Of a stretch of 64,000 nucleotides of DNA, positions 25,891 to 40,074 are shown piece by piece; the stretch's first letter is position 1, and each line of letters opens with the position of its first letter. Origin of the DNA: Blasia pusilla (lineage: Eukaryota); contig CM114271.1 of NCBI GenBank assembly GCA_050084515.1, positions 25,482,001-25,546,000 on the forward strand. The letters run 5' to 3'. The position numbers and the translations under genes are program-made. Below the pieces are notes generated by a model. The model saw only the letters and a program-made list of their open reading frames with translations. It was not told where the DNA came from and did not search any database.

Positions 25891-28800
25891 TAGCTAGTCT
25901 TTCCTTTGCATGAGTCCTGCACATACGTAATCTCTGTCTACGAAGTAAATTGGAACTCTGCACCCTCCTCGCAGTAGTATTCCTTGCCATAACACAACTT
26001 CCACAGCATGGTGCAACAGGAATAAGTATTTTGATAGCTAATTATATAGTGACGTGCCTACTACAACAAAGTTTTCAGGTAACTAATTTTTGTATCTGGA
26101 TGTAGATATATAAATGCATTTGGTTAAAAGGAGACAACAAGAGCCTAGAGCTATAAAACATTTATGATGTGCAATAGTGCAATAGGTATTACACAACTGT
26201 TAACTCTTTGTCACACAACTTCTTAATGAATAGGCTAAGCCTCTACCTCATCTGCAATTCTGGTATATTAAGCCATAAGCTAAGAACTATGCGTTTACAT
26301 GACTGATTTGAGTGAAGCTCCACATTGGCCTATAAAAATGAGACGTGTGTATTAATACTCTTGCACAAAGACATATCATGGACTTATGAGAAGTAGTTGC
26401 ACGCGAAGAGAGTGGCACTAGGAATGGTATGAAGAATCTATCCTAAATCATGAATAACTTGTAAGTTACAAGTAAGATGGTAGAACAATCCGAGAAAGCT
26501 TTGGTTGTGCGGAACAAGAATTTTGGAAGGAAGAAGTCCCTAATTCTGATAGGTACAAACATTTCTGAAAATGCGGATGTATGCAACCTTCTCAAAAGAG
26601 CCATAAGAAATTGGATCGGATGGAACGATACTAGAAATCTGCACCAAGTGGCAACTCGCACGTCGAGATAACTATAGGGTAGAGCATTGAGCCAAGAGTA
26701 AGGATGTGACCGGCAACATTCAAGGAGAGCAGCAGTAAAGGGGATCCGCCTGTGGATGCAGATAGTGAAGGGGTCGTAGCAACATGCATGCGCTACTCTA
26801 AAGCATACTTTAGCTATATATTATTGTCGTAGCCCCCTCAAACTGTTGGAGATAAGGTCAAGATGGCTTGTATAGTAAATAGCAGTTGCCTCAAAAGAAT
26901 TCCACTATCTGTGTCCTAGAGGTTGAGGTAGAGGTGCAAAAGGAAGGTGTGGACATGCTGGCGAGTTCGTATTTTCTTAAGTGTCTACTTATCGGCTTGT
27001 TGCAAGTCAAATCCTTATTCTAGAGTCAGTGATGGAACTATGCCGGCTGGTTGGATACAAGAAGGTAAGCACAGTAGATGTTCATGGTGCACATATCTTC
27101 ATCAACATCATTTATTGTAAATGGCTAAGATTGGGTAGGTGAAGATACAAGTGATAGCCATTGTTACAAATTGCTGCAACTTTCTTTGATACGGTTGATA
27201 CAATCACTATGAAAGTGGAGGGGAGGTATCAATAAAAATGTATATTTGCTGCTCTAATCAACGATCAGAAAAAAGGTGAGACACAAAGAAGCGGGTTGAA
27301 AAAAAGTGCAAAAGTAGGGAAAGGAGATAAGAACCAGAACCCTCTCCCTCTCGAGCAAAAGATAGATTGTTGCAACTATGGATACCATACTAAACATGTA
27401 TAAAAAAAAGTCGGAGTACAAACAGTAAAATGGTAGGATCAAAAGTCAGCCACAGGCATCAGAAGGACTCATGGATGAGGTACGTGATTTCTTTGCTCAC
27501 TACTTTACTATACCCGAAAATAGGACTACATACAAGAGGGCATGAATCAGTTGTAAATCACAAAGAAAAATGCTTTCTGATGAGCATCGTAAAGATCTTA
27601 ACCAAAGAATTTTAAATGCAAGGATAGACGCCAAGAGGTAGGTTAATAGATGCCAATAGACACTAGGTTGATGCAAGGCACACAACAAGAGGTGTTGAAT
27701 CTCACCAAAGTGGGATTCAGTACCTAAGCATGACCATGGGACAAGCTTGGCTTGGGATATTACCTGACCATCAAAAAAAAGGTTGAGGTCTTATTGTAGA
27801 GGGGTGTCCAAAACCACTCCAACAACCAGCCTAGCATGCTTTTGTGCCTTGTTACGGATCAGGTCCTTCTGCCTTAGTCGGGCTGACCATTTCTTTGCAT
27901 TCTCCTTAGAAACAAAGGATCCCCTGTAATCAGTGGCACTGATTGTCACATCGTGAGGCTATGTACATGGTTGTCGTGCATCCATTTCGAGGGGGAACAA
28001 TTCCCTCTATCCATAAAACGTTCTGATTTCCTTAGCTTACCATACTAACCCTTTCAAGCCGAGAACATTTTGTTAAAGTTCTCAGGAGTGAATAGTATAT
28101 GAAATAACCTTTGCACCCCACACAATGGGTAGGCACCCAAGACAAGACAAAATCCGTTCCTTGTTGTTGTTAGACAAAAGAAGGTTGAAACTATGCCGTA
28201 TGGACATGACTAGCTACATTAGGAAATTGGCAGCAAAGCCTATCTGTAGGGTATGGCCAGGTGTTGATTAGTTGCTAAAAATGAGGTGGGGCCACTGCTC
28301 AAGTTTCATTAAAAATATAGTGTTATGGATATTGCTGCACAATAGTACTTTACTATAGAACTTCTCGAATGCACTTTACTGCCATGGGTATTTCTATGAC
28401 GAATCGAGGATGGATTGTCATCCAAAATGGATATCTATGAGAGTAGTATATTGGGAATCAAGATAGGTGATGGCATATTCTTCTTTATGAAGGATGCCCC
28501 TTTTGGTAGCGAGGGAGTTGAGTGGAAATTTTCAATTGATTGTTGGGAGGAGCAAAATATTGTATGCTCAATTGAGGAGAGTATAAGTAGGATATAAGAT
28601 TGAGTGGCAATTCGTAAATTAGCTCCTTATTATTCGTATTGTCATTCCAAGAAGGCCACTTAGATTCATCTTGATGATTAACATTGGGTACTAATTTTGA
28701 TTCAAACTTAATTTAATGGTACTTTTGGAAATTAATGGTACCCCAAGTAAAAATCCTTAAAATAATTTAAGAATATTGAAACCACACATTTAAAGTTAAT

Positions 28801-28893
28801 ACTTTAAGTTTTTAAAATAGTAAAATTTTATATTCAATTTTAAAATTCATGAAATATTTTCAAACTAAAATTTATCAAAAAGAAACAAGAAAT

Positions 28894-31800
28894 TTAGCAC
28901 TTGTACTACGTACCAACGGCAAGAGATGGGATGCTTTGTATTAGCATGTTTTTTATTAGCTTCAAACATGGTATTAAAAATAGTTAAAAAGACCCACTAT
29001 CCCTTTCTTAAATTTTCTCTCTTATGGTTTCATAATGAAGTAATACACCATATTCTTTTATTTAATTTCTATAGATTCTCATCTCAAGCTTTCAAGTACT
29101 TCATAGTAAGATTAATTAATTTTCTAAAATTGTGCATGTGAAATATGTTGCAAGAGAAAAAATTAGGAAAAATTAGCAATGAAAACTCCCATGACAATCA
29201 TATGAGGAGTGAAAAACCCAATTTTGAGAAAACATTCAAACCTGAAAATTGCGGCACGAGACTTTCACTCATCGAAAGAGATGAAAATTTCAATGATGAA
29301 AAGCATAAAAGAAGATTTTTATGGAAGAGAAGGCACATTGCATTTTGTAATAAGGTCCTACAGTAGGTTTTTTTAATGAGAAATGCAAGGGCACAATAAC
29401 AATATATTGTGCCCTTTCAATGATTGTCATTGTCCATCACAATGATTGTCATTGTCCATCACAATGACAATCATTGTTGTGATGGAAATTTCAAAAATGC
29501 TATGTTGTTGCATGCTTCATTCAACTCACCTTTTCATATTGTTAATGGATGTATGTAGGAGTTCACTCATACCCAAGGCTCTACAATATCATTGGCTTAT
29601 TTACAAGTATTTTTTCAAATAAGTGACGACTCTTGCATTGCCATTTTCTAAAAGTATAATATTACCATATATATGTTATTTTTGTACAACTTTAACAATA
29701 GCTACTTATGTAGATCAGCAGTGCATGATACTGCACTTCACTGGCAGCACATAACCACTTGCTAAAACTTGGATGCCCCTCACACGAAGGTTTGCTCCTG
29801 AAGGATGCTTGGGTGTTCTAGCCCCTGTAAAGAAAGTGTATATTTTGTAAGACACATGCAAAGTCATATTGATAGAAAACACTACATCCAATATGCACTA
29901 GGTGTGACATGCATTTGACAGAGACCAATCGTCTAGGGTTACAAACCATCATGTATACCATCATCAATCATCGCTCGGTGTGTCGACCTTGTGGTCCTTC
30001 TCTTTCTTCCCTTTATTTTTAGTCGGCAGTCAAGAATTACCAAGGATTGGCAACAAGCAATGCATGCGGAGGTGCAAGTTGAAGACTTTAGGTATGCATG
30101 CATATTCAATGCATTTAGGACTTAAGAAAACCCATTGGTCTTGCTCTACATTGTAACAAAGACATTTCCACTTGACAGGAGAGGAAAAGGATGCATTTTT
30201 TTGGTGGGATACATCCTTAGGACCGAAATAGCTCTTAAAAAATGAAGCAAACATGATCAAGATCCAATAAATTAATGAAAGCAGTAGAAAATTAATCATA
30301 AGGCATAAACGCGCGCCTTGTGATGGCCACCTACTCTACCTTGCTCGTATGAATGAAGTCACATTCTCCCTCAATACTTGTTACTTCTGGCGTCCGGTTT
30401 CCCTCTTGAGGAACGTATTTGACAAACACTCATACTATATGGTTAGAGATACTCAACTTCATTCACAAATAAAAGAACCTAAACGGCATGCAAAATAAAA
30501 ATATGCATAGAGAACCTTACTTGTAAGCTTCATGGCGGCTATAGAATTGATCACCTCCAACAAGTCCAATATTGTGGGAGGAGTAAATCCGTCATTGTGC
30601 TCATGAATGTTAGTTTCCTTAATCATGTATATTTGTTTGAGTATCAACCTAAGCACCCACGGGAGTGACCTTGAGGAATCCCCCAACAAAACCCTCCTTT
30701 TCAATCTGGGTGAACTAATAACCTTGGCTAAATAGTTTTTCTCTGCCCTATTGAAGGCCTTCTTGATGTCTAGGATAATTTTGGCTTTGTATGAGCCGTG
30801 ATATTTAGAAACCACTATGACTTTTTTCCTACATTATTTCTGGAAGTAACAATCTAGCCATACTTTACCACTTTTTTCTTGCCTTGGTCGAGAATTGTAT
30901 TTGATAACCAAGTCTATCTAAAGCAACGTACAAGGAGTCCTACACACCTAAAGGGATCCCCAAAATAATCCGGTCTTGGAGGTAAGAGTCATTGTGGCCA
31001 TGACTACGTTTACAAATTATATCTTTCAAGCAGAAATCAAGGTCTCCGTTGTTGTGGAAAATGTTGTTCACCCACGTATCGACATTACCTACCCCACCGG
31101 AAAAGTACTTATTGATGTTTTTCAGACCCCTAATTAAACCCAATCTGTAAGTCTTTGAATTGCCCTACATCCAAGAATTTGGTACCTGGGATGCTCATAG
31201 CCACCCTACAACCTACCGAATGCACCCTAAAACAATATTGGATGCTACTGAAATCTTGGAACCATGCCACACATTCATCAAGAGTAAGAAAATTCAATGT
31301 CGGATTTGAGTGTGTGAAAGTAATCTATTCCATCTTCATTTACACTTAGGTGTCATCCGGCATCATAATATCTGCTTGGGATTTCTATTAACCATCCCTT
31401 TCTATGCCATGATATGTAAGTCTCTGAACTGCCCTACATCCAAGTAATCACGGTGATAGGTTGGAGAGGGATTATGTTGCGCACGTACATACTGCATGGT
31501 CCAGCGATTTGGCCTAGTCTTTGCATCAAAATCTCACAAACTTTCCAAAATAGTTTCTGTTTGGTCGTGAATGTGAATATCTAAAAGGCTGTTGTGAGTT
31601 TGAGCGCAAGCAGTATTGGCTCTAGCGATGAATTAAGTACGATTAATTGATAGCCATTTCCCATAAACCAGATTTGAGAAAAAAATGTACACATACAAAG
31701 CATACAACTATTTCTAGATTGGAATTGCACCAAAGGTAACATCCAAGATAAGCCTTCATAGTTTAAACCAGTCAAGAGATTGAAGGTTTAAGGAAACAAG

Positions 31801-32809
31801 ATTAGTATGAAAAAGAAACGGATTTGGCAAGTTTCAGGAAACATATTCATGGATGCCAAGATTCAATTTCATGGATTCCACCAAAGACCAAAGAATTGAG
31901 TTTTATCAAGGTTTAACATTTCCAATTTTAAGCATTCAAATCGAATCATGTCGCACTATCACTATACGAAGAATTTCCTATCAACAAATTTTTCATGGAA
32001 AAACATACCAATAATCCCCGCAGCTTCGATCTTGCACTTTAAAAAAATGCTCCTAAAAACCCTCAATTTGGTTATATCAGCCGGTAGCCGCGAGCTTCTC
32101 TTTGTCTTGCACCTCAATCGCTTGTTGGTCCACTCTCGCTGTTCTAGCTCTCACCGTAGTTTGATCGAATATATCGCTCAGTTGCCCATCATATCCAAAA
32201 TGAATAGATCGCCGCAACTTTTGTAAGCACCTTGCTCTAATCAAAATCTACATCGGTGAGCCTAGCCGATCAATCCGCTTGAAAAACACAGCTCGATAGC
32301 CACATCTCTAGAATTCCATCCGATTGACCAACTCGATGAACTACGGTCAAGCGCCGCCGCTCCCAAAGCCCACCTAATCAACCGCAACTCGCACAACTCA
32401 CAAAGCTAAGATCCACGAGAGCAAAGACCGCATCTCCATTTGCCCACCCAATCCGCTACCTCCGTGCTTAGGGCTTTCGTGCCCTTTCTACTCAAACTCG
32501 CTACCCACTACATTTTCAGTTCCCGCTAATGTAACAGGTATTGTACTCTGTTCATCTGTTAGGTTCCGTCCATCCTCGGGCCTAAACAAGGTGCACACGT
32601 GGCGCGTTTAAGCGGCTTCATCCCCCGAGGGAAATAAAATCCTGCCCTTGGATGCTTATGGCTTTCAAGATTTTTGACATCATTTAAATTTGGTTATGTT
32701 AATTTCATCATTCCCTTAATTTGACACTTGTCAACACCAAAAGAGATTTGAAAAAACATGTGTTTAAAGGTTTTCTCTAATCCAATCCTCTTTTAATTAT
32801 TATTAGTAG
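28894..32809 (-). mobile_element. Candidate non-autonomous Helitron1-type element carrying a decayed minus-strand gene
   Basis: 32768-32809 resembles the 5' end of the mini-Helitron (atcctcttttaat shared with ~53577-53589). A possible degraded 3' end lies at ~28894-28920. Protein-like minus-strand ORF pieces occur at 30030-31143. Confidence 0.3.
29387..29486. repeat. Two adjacent hairpins plus a 22-bp tandem duplication
   Basis: aagggcacaata/tattgtgccctt forms a 12-bp stem (29387-29416). caatgattgtcattgtccatca occurs twice (29418-29461) and folds back onto 29462-29486. Confidence 0.9.
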
Positions 32810-35800
32810 CACAAGTGATATTTAAATTTTTTTATTACGGCCCCAGCTTAGAGCCCTTAAAATGCGATTCGCTTGGAGGTTGGTGCAGAACCAAATAGTT
32901 TCTGCATTTGCACCAGGATGAACCAACGACTCATCTTAGTGACATGTCGTAAGATCATTGGCGTATTCTATATAGGGTTATGCTTTCGCCGCCGTTTTGG
33001 TAAGCCTCGCGGGTTCGTATTCAATATTTCTTGTGAACCCATCGAGCGTCGAGTTGTACTAACGTTGAACTCTATGTATTCAAGACTCTGTATGGAAGTC
33101 TCCAATGCAATGAATGAGGTCTAGCTCCGTTGCTACCCACTTCGGTTGTGGATTTCATGTACACGAATTATCGTCGATACAACCATTCAATGTCAACCTA
33201 TCAATTTCACATGTTTACTATGCGCTAGCCATTGTATTTGGCAACGATCCTCTCCACAATGTATATTACCCATTAGGGCTTTAGCTTGTGTCACAAGGAA
33301 TTCAATTATGAGCTAACAATCATATGTGAATGTAAGCTTGGATATTCATGGAGCCTCTGCGTATATATACCGTTTTGGTGCCCAATATGAGCATGTTGTA
33401 TCGCTTGCTTGGTTGCTTGACCTATTTCGAGCTTTGTCATTACACATTCTAGTTAGACGTAATGTCTTTCTTATGCTCAAGTTGTTAACATCCCCTTCAA
33501 CCGCACCTTGTACTTCATTGTAGATTGTATCAGAGTTACGACAGAATCCACTTGGTGTTTGGATGTATTCGTGAAGAGCCATTTTATTACTATTTAAACA
33601 TCCAACATCATTGTAATCAGCAATGTCACCAACATCACCAACCATTTTTTTGTGTCAGACTGTATCACAACATTACCTGATGAGGGTCTCCACCCTCGAT
33701 TTGATTTAGTTCAGTTGTTTATTAGACTATTTGGTCAAAGCCTTAAACACATCCGCCATACAGATACTCTGTGGCGGTTCTCCAGCGACATTTTTTGTTT
33801 CCTTTTCCTCACATATTCATGGTAGATAATTACAATTAATTTCTTCAGCCTCCATGATCCACGGATCGTAGCTTGCAAGGTTCTATACTCTATTTACGCA
33901 TTCATCCAACCGCACTATGTTTGATAGCACATAAGCTTCCTTAGTCTCCTGATTGCTTTGCACTTGGATTCTTATTTGCTCCACCAAAGTTCTTCCGTCA
34001 AACATTCTGTCCTCAAATCCTTCTCAATACGGATTTTTCCCCTTTGTTAAGTTTGATTGGACCTATTATCTTTGGTATGTGCTACCTCTGAACACTTCAC
34101 CTTTGTAGAATAGTCTCAATTTTGTCAAATTTTGTACTGCCAATAAGTATGTTTGTTGGATTATATATGGATTTCTTGCTGGCATGTGATGATATTCCAA
34201 TAGTTTATTGTAATGTTCACGCTTGTTCCTAAAGGTAATGTTAGTGTCTTTAACATCTTTAGTGTGGTGTTGCATCAGAGTCCCATCGGCAAGCTTCACT
34301 TCCAGGACCAGACCGTTTGGACACATAGCTTCCAGGTATGTCGAGAGCTTATGATTCATTAACTTCGTCACATCTCACAATAAGCAAACGAATTCGTATG
34401 AAGAGGCTCGCTGCACCAAAAAGATGTTTAGGTAGACAGCCAAATTGCCCAATTTGATATGACATAGAAGTACTCATGGACGAGTGGGTATCACTACGCT
34501 GATCATTTTTTGGTTCGATGCAATGATGTGGTATGTGCGGGTTTGTTCATTCAGGAAACTCATCCCGCCTTAAGTTTCAATTCGTAGCTTCTATTTTCTA
34601 TCCATCTTATGCACTTTGCAACGCTTTTATGATAGACTTCATAATTCCACGTAGTGGATTCCACTACGAGAGTAGTCGGTGTTCTTCCACAGCTAAAATT
34701 GAGGCATTCAATGTATATATGACCCCAGCATGTATATAAGGCATTTTGTCGTGTAACCCACTCTATTTACAACTCCTATCCTTGATCGATTCTAGAGTAG
34801 GGATAACCTCCAAATACAATGGATTCCATAATGGTTTTTTTACAGTCAAAAGTTTATTAGATAACCCTTTGGTACACTGGAATATGACCACTTACAAATA
34901 TGAGAATGTTGCTGCTATATACGGTCAAGTTTGACGTATAATGCTTGTAAACTTGCATATAAATCCACTCTACAAGGATTGTTTAATACTGATTGAACTC
35001 CCAAGTCCTTCATGTGGTTTGGTAATTTTACCTCTGTTGACAAGATTTTCAAAGCCTCACAGGACAAGGGTCTTGTGACACACACAATGAACATTGATCC
35101 ATATAAATGTGATCTGAATATCATTCATGACATTCAATATTCTATTCCTGTAAAAAAAAAAGGTCAGGATAAATTTTTTATAATGGAAGTATGTATTGCA
35201 GACAACGATCATCTCTGCGTACCAACCTCATAACTGACTTTTGGGGGATTGAGTGATTATAGAAGGCTCACATTGGAGACTAGCATATTTCCATTTTTGT
35301 TTCCTTACCTTCGTGGATATTTCAAAGGAAACATTTCTTTTGTTGATTATATGAAAGGAAGAGCTTCACAGTTATTCTCTGTATTTACCCTTTACAAACC
35401 TTATTTACTTTTGATGTATAAATTAAAACAATCGATAGCACTTGCAACCTCAAAAAAATCATGCATTCTCAACAAGGAATTAGACACACTCCGTATCACA
35501 AATCGTGAGATGTCAGAGGATGACCTATTCCATACCTTACCAAAGCATTCGTTAAGTCCTCAAATTTTGGGCAGCCCCGATTGGCATAGAAGGCACTAAA
35601 AGATCTTAAAGCTATGGTGAACAAATGGGGAATGCCCCATTTTTTTCTGACATCGACATTAGATGAGTTATTTGAAACAAGGTGATAGGAAAACTCACAG
35701 CTTGAGTTATTACTCAAAAAAATGAACCCTAGTTTTGTTTGGAGAGATGCACCAGCAGAGTATGACGTCCTATTCCATGTCAGGTTGCACTCATTTTTTT

Positions 35801-36867
35801 AAAATTATTTTTGGTGGTCACCAAATATTGGGCCAGGTTCTACATTATGTAATAAGGTATGAATTAAAAGGTTGAGGTAGCTTACATAGTCATCTTATTT
35901 TATGGTGTGTTGAAAGTGGTGTTGATATTACGACCTCCGAGATAGCCTCCTTTGTCCCTGCCCCCATAGACAATACCACAAATTCTTTTATACACCATGT
36001 TGATAAGTCTATTGATGAACAGTTATTGAATCTAGTTTTGCATAAACAATTACACGTTTGCAAGCCTTTTGCATGCTCCCATGTTAGCAAGTCCATGAAC
36101 ACTCGATTCTGCAAACTAGGTTTCTATGCAAATACTTATCCTCTCTTAACTCCTTCAGTAGATCTAGAAAACCATAAATGGAGATATTACAGACCTTCAT
36201 GGCTTGACAAGGATGTTGTTCCAAACCACCCAATTTTCCTTATTCTTTGGGCTGCACATATGAATTTGCAGCTAGTGACAAATGTAGATTGGTCTTTTTA
36301 TCTAATAAAATATGCATTGAAAAGTGAACCACTTGGTGCCCTAAACATTGATACCGAGACAACAATGAATCTTGGTCTTGAAGGTTTGGAAGATATCCAA
36401 CTCAAATTGGTTTCTGGTGTTGTTTCAAATAGATCCGTTTGTTCAACAGAGGCAACCCTCTCTTCTCTACAAATTCCTGTTATAACTCGTTCCAACTCAC
36501 TGACATATATAGATTTCAATCCACCTTCAAGAAGGACTTCTCCGTATCGTAAGTCATCACTTGTTTGCCTCCATCCCATTCAGATTTACTGCCATAGATC
36601 TGCTAGCTTATCACACATTACATTTACTGATTATTGGGAAAATTTTGAAGTGGCAAAAATAGAAAAGAAGACAAAAGATTTTTTTGGCATGAATTCACTT
36701 GATGGATTTGTATTCAGACGATCTAAACTTGTAAGGTTTACAAACTTTAGCCTTTTGCATCACCTGGATGAATTTTTTTATAATTTGCTCTTATCGATGA
36801 CAGCCTCCACGTCAGAGTCTCAGCTTACATCAATGTGCGGTAAGAGTTGGACTTATTTGCACGAATG

Positions 36868-37490
36868 TGTCACGACTGTTAGGATATATCGGTGTGATCT
36901 AGCAAATCGTCTGCAAGAGTAGTGGAGGACATGCCCAAGAGGTCAAGGATGACATGTTGAGGCCCCGGGAAACCCGAGAGAGCAAGTTTCCCCTTCGTTT
37001 CGGCTCATTTGGAGCCAGATAGAGAAACTTACTATTTCAGGTAAGTTTCCATATTGGGGATAGTTGACTTTCCACTTTGGGAAGTGGCCCTTGACCCGCT
37101 ACAGCATGTCAAGAGCCAAGGAGGTGATTTGCGAGCATAGGTTACCGTTGAGAGTGCTTGGGAGGGGGAATATACCTCCAAGAGAGAGTGCTTGAGAGTT
37201 CATTCTCTCTTTGTTGAACCTCTTCGCATAAGGCGGCGGAGCTACGGTCCCTTGCCTTGTGAGTGCAACCCAAGCCTCTCATTAGGAGAGTGGGTTTGGT
37301 TTGACATGAGACAGAGTGCACACCTTTGAGAGCTATGGTGTGAGATGGTGTTGAGAGAGATTGGATCTTACTTTATTGGAGATATTTTGGTACTTCTGGC
37401 CTCTGTGTATGGATGCCATGAGTTAGCATGGGATCGTGTGTGTTTGATGACAGCGGTGTATGTTGTGTAACAATGTGTATGCGCATGACA
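36868..37490 (+). mobile_element. Solo LTR, family B (623 bp)
   Basis: TGTCACG...GCATGACA with 4-bp TSD AATG. Removing it restores the Helitron frame YLHECVHRNI. Homologous to the reverse complement of 59192-59825. Confidence 0.93.
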
Positions 37491-38117
37491 AATGTGTTCA
37501 TAGAAATATAGTTAGCTCTATTGATAACATTCAGGATCTAGTTAGTGATTATGCAACTAAAAATATGTGGAGTCATATATAGGCTACTAAAACTATTACC
37601 AAAATGGATGCTTTGCTAACTGAGGCAAAGTCCTCAAAATCTATATTATTACTACCGGTTCCTGATCCTTGTCAAAAAATAACATTATCCATTGATTTTG
37701 GAAGTAGTAGTAGAAGCATCTTCTCACCCTCAAACTTAACAGCAGACCAGTTTGGCATGTTTTTGATATTGAAGACACCGGAAAAAGGAATCCATTTGAT
37801 AAGTGGAGCTCCAGGGACAGGTAAGTCTTACTTCATGAATTATATGGCAACTTATTGGCAGCAACTAGGTGTGTGTGTGTAATAATGCTAATTGCTACTA
37901 GATGAGTCGCAACAGTCAGACTAAATCCATTTGCAACCACTCTCCACTCTACATTCAACATCCACTGAAAGATGATCTACCATGTCTTCTGTCAACATCT
38001 GATGTGTTTCAGAGAATAAGAAACACAGATGTTGTGAGTATTGACAAATGTTCAATGATGACATCTAAATTACTACAGATTGTTGCAATGCGACTTACTG
38101 ATATTTCACCCACACGT

Positions 38118-39128
38118 TGTCGCGACCTTCATAACCAAACAACACCAAATAGGTGCCAAGCGGATCATCAGAATTCAAGTGGACTCACGCTGCGATGTTT
38201 GCGCTTTGGAGAGGAGTTTGGAAAGGTCTCTTGGAAAAGTCCAAGAGACGAAACGCGGAACAAAGTTGTGCATTTCATGCGTTAGTGGTTGCGACCAAGA
38301 AACCTAGACCAAACGCGAGCCAAGACTTGAGATGAGTTGAGTCTTGGAAGGTTGGTTGCCAAGGAGGTGAGAACCAGTTTGGGGAATTTGACTGTGTTTT
38401 GGACCATAACGTTTAGCCCCAAGATGCATTCGGGACAAGTAAGGACGCGTTGGAAATCTTATTTTGAGATGCTTCCAATGCACCAAAGAACTTAGCAAAC
38501 GCATAAGTAAAAACTAAGATATTGGCCAAAAACGACTATGAGAGCAATCGGGTCGAGGGCCAATTGGAGAGGCCCGGGTGTCTTTCCCTAAAGGTAGGGG
38601 GACGCCGGAGATCCCCAAAAGTACTAGTAAGGGAGGAGTCTCTCCAAGATGTCTTGGAAGATGAATCTCCACTTTGAGCGCCAAACGATGTCTTAGAGGC
38701 ACAGGATGGAACGGGAGTTTGGCATTGGAACTCAAAACCTAAACCTGATCCAAGGGAGTGGACTTTGTACGCCACACTTGGATTCCAACCCGAGATTCAC
38801 TTTGTGCGAGTCTCGGTTAGGGACTCATTGGATGTCCATCTGACAGTTGGAATCGCCAAGCGCGAAACGCCGTTTGAGGTTCTTGAACCAACCATAAAGT
38901 CTGTCCCAAGTCTTGCAAGACTTGCCCATGTTGTAAACCGCGAAACTAGGAAGATTGAGCTTGATGAGAGACCAAGACGAGAACTCAAAAAGTTAGCCCG
39001 CCGATTGATCCAAGAACCAACTAACCAGAGTGTGTGTTTGGATGCAGATCAGTGTTGAGAGCGTGACCTACTAAATGCACGCTTCCGCAACAACAAGACT
39101 AACGTTCAAGGAGAGTAAGCGCACGACA
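38118..39128 (+). mobile_element. Solo LTR, family A (1011 bp)
   Basis: TGTCGCGACC...GCACGACA; 5-bp TSD CACGT/CATGT (one CpG transition); splits the helicase. Confidence 0.93.
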
Positions 39129-40074
39129 CATGTGGTCATAATCCATTTGACAATAAGGTTGTTGTCCTTCTTGGAGATCTGTGTCAGCTTCTACCAGTTT
39201 GCACCCACTCCTGTATTAGTGGATGCAAACATTGTAACACATCTTGTTCCCCTTTTTTGACACGTATGTCTAAGCATTATCTCACTACTGCTATGAGGCA
39301 AGCTCTTGATCCAACATTTTTGTCATTTCTTAACTCCATTCATCTTAGATTTCCAACTTAATAGGCTATTGATAATTGTTTGGGTATATGCATGGTTAGC
39401 ACTAACCAAGCATTGGACTTCATTAACAACACAACCATAGTAATATGCTCTCACATAGTTGACGTGAAGTTGTTCAACACTATTTGTTTACGCCGATTTT
39501 TGGGTGAAGAAAGTATAATATTAGTCTTTGTTGATTTGGATGCATGTCATGTAGAGGATTTGCAGAGTTGGATTCAGGAGGGTGACTTCCACAAAATTCC
39601 ATTTCTAGCTATAGGTTGTAAAGTTTTTCTCATTGCAAACCTCAATGTAAGTAAAGGTGCAACAAATGGATGCCTAAGAATTGTAAAGGAAATATTGGTG
39701 TATAACATTTGCATTAAAAAAAATGTTGTTCAATTAACTACTAATGATTCTATCATAAAAGTTAGCAGATCTGCATCTGAGTTTATATACACAAAGAACA
39801 TAGAAAAGTATTATAAACGTACTTTTCCATTCATGCTCTCTTATGCTATAACAAGTCATAAATCTCAAGGTAGCATTGTGCCTAGCACATGCCTTGTGGT
39901 ATTGAAGAGTGCATTCACTTATGGTTTAACATATGTTGTGTTGTCTAGAGTTTCATGCAGATCAAACTTGAGAATTTTAGGCAAACTAGCCCCATCAGAT
40001 TTCTTGGTACATGGTCAAGAGCCAGCAAGTTAAGTCTAACAACCAACAGTACTTGAATCTTTCAGATTTCATCA

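Larger units (their letters stand above)
18316..28600 (-). mobile_element. Decayed Helitron2/Helentron-type element, copy 1 (extent approximate)
   Basis: Contains the Rep-PIF1 remnant at 22075-25450, two downstream accessory-gene remnants and a terminal hairpin. The 5' boundary is unresolved. Confidence 0.7.
34390..40033 (+). pseudogene. Helitron Rep (HUH-Y2) plus PIF1 helicase remnant, copy 2, interrupted by two solo LTRs
   Basis: GSPDWHRRH*KDLKAMVNKWGMPHFFLT (motif I); HYVIRYELKG*GSLHSHLILW (HUH); FYLIKYALK (Y2); Walker A ISGAPGTGKS; VSIDKCSMM; LAIGCKVFLIANLNVSKGATNG; TFPFMLSYAITSHKSQG; YVVLSRV. Confidence 0.93.
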
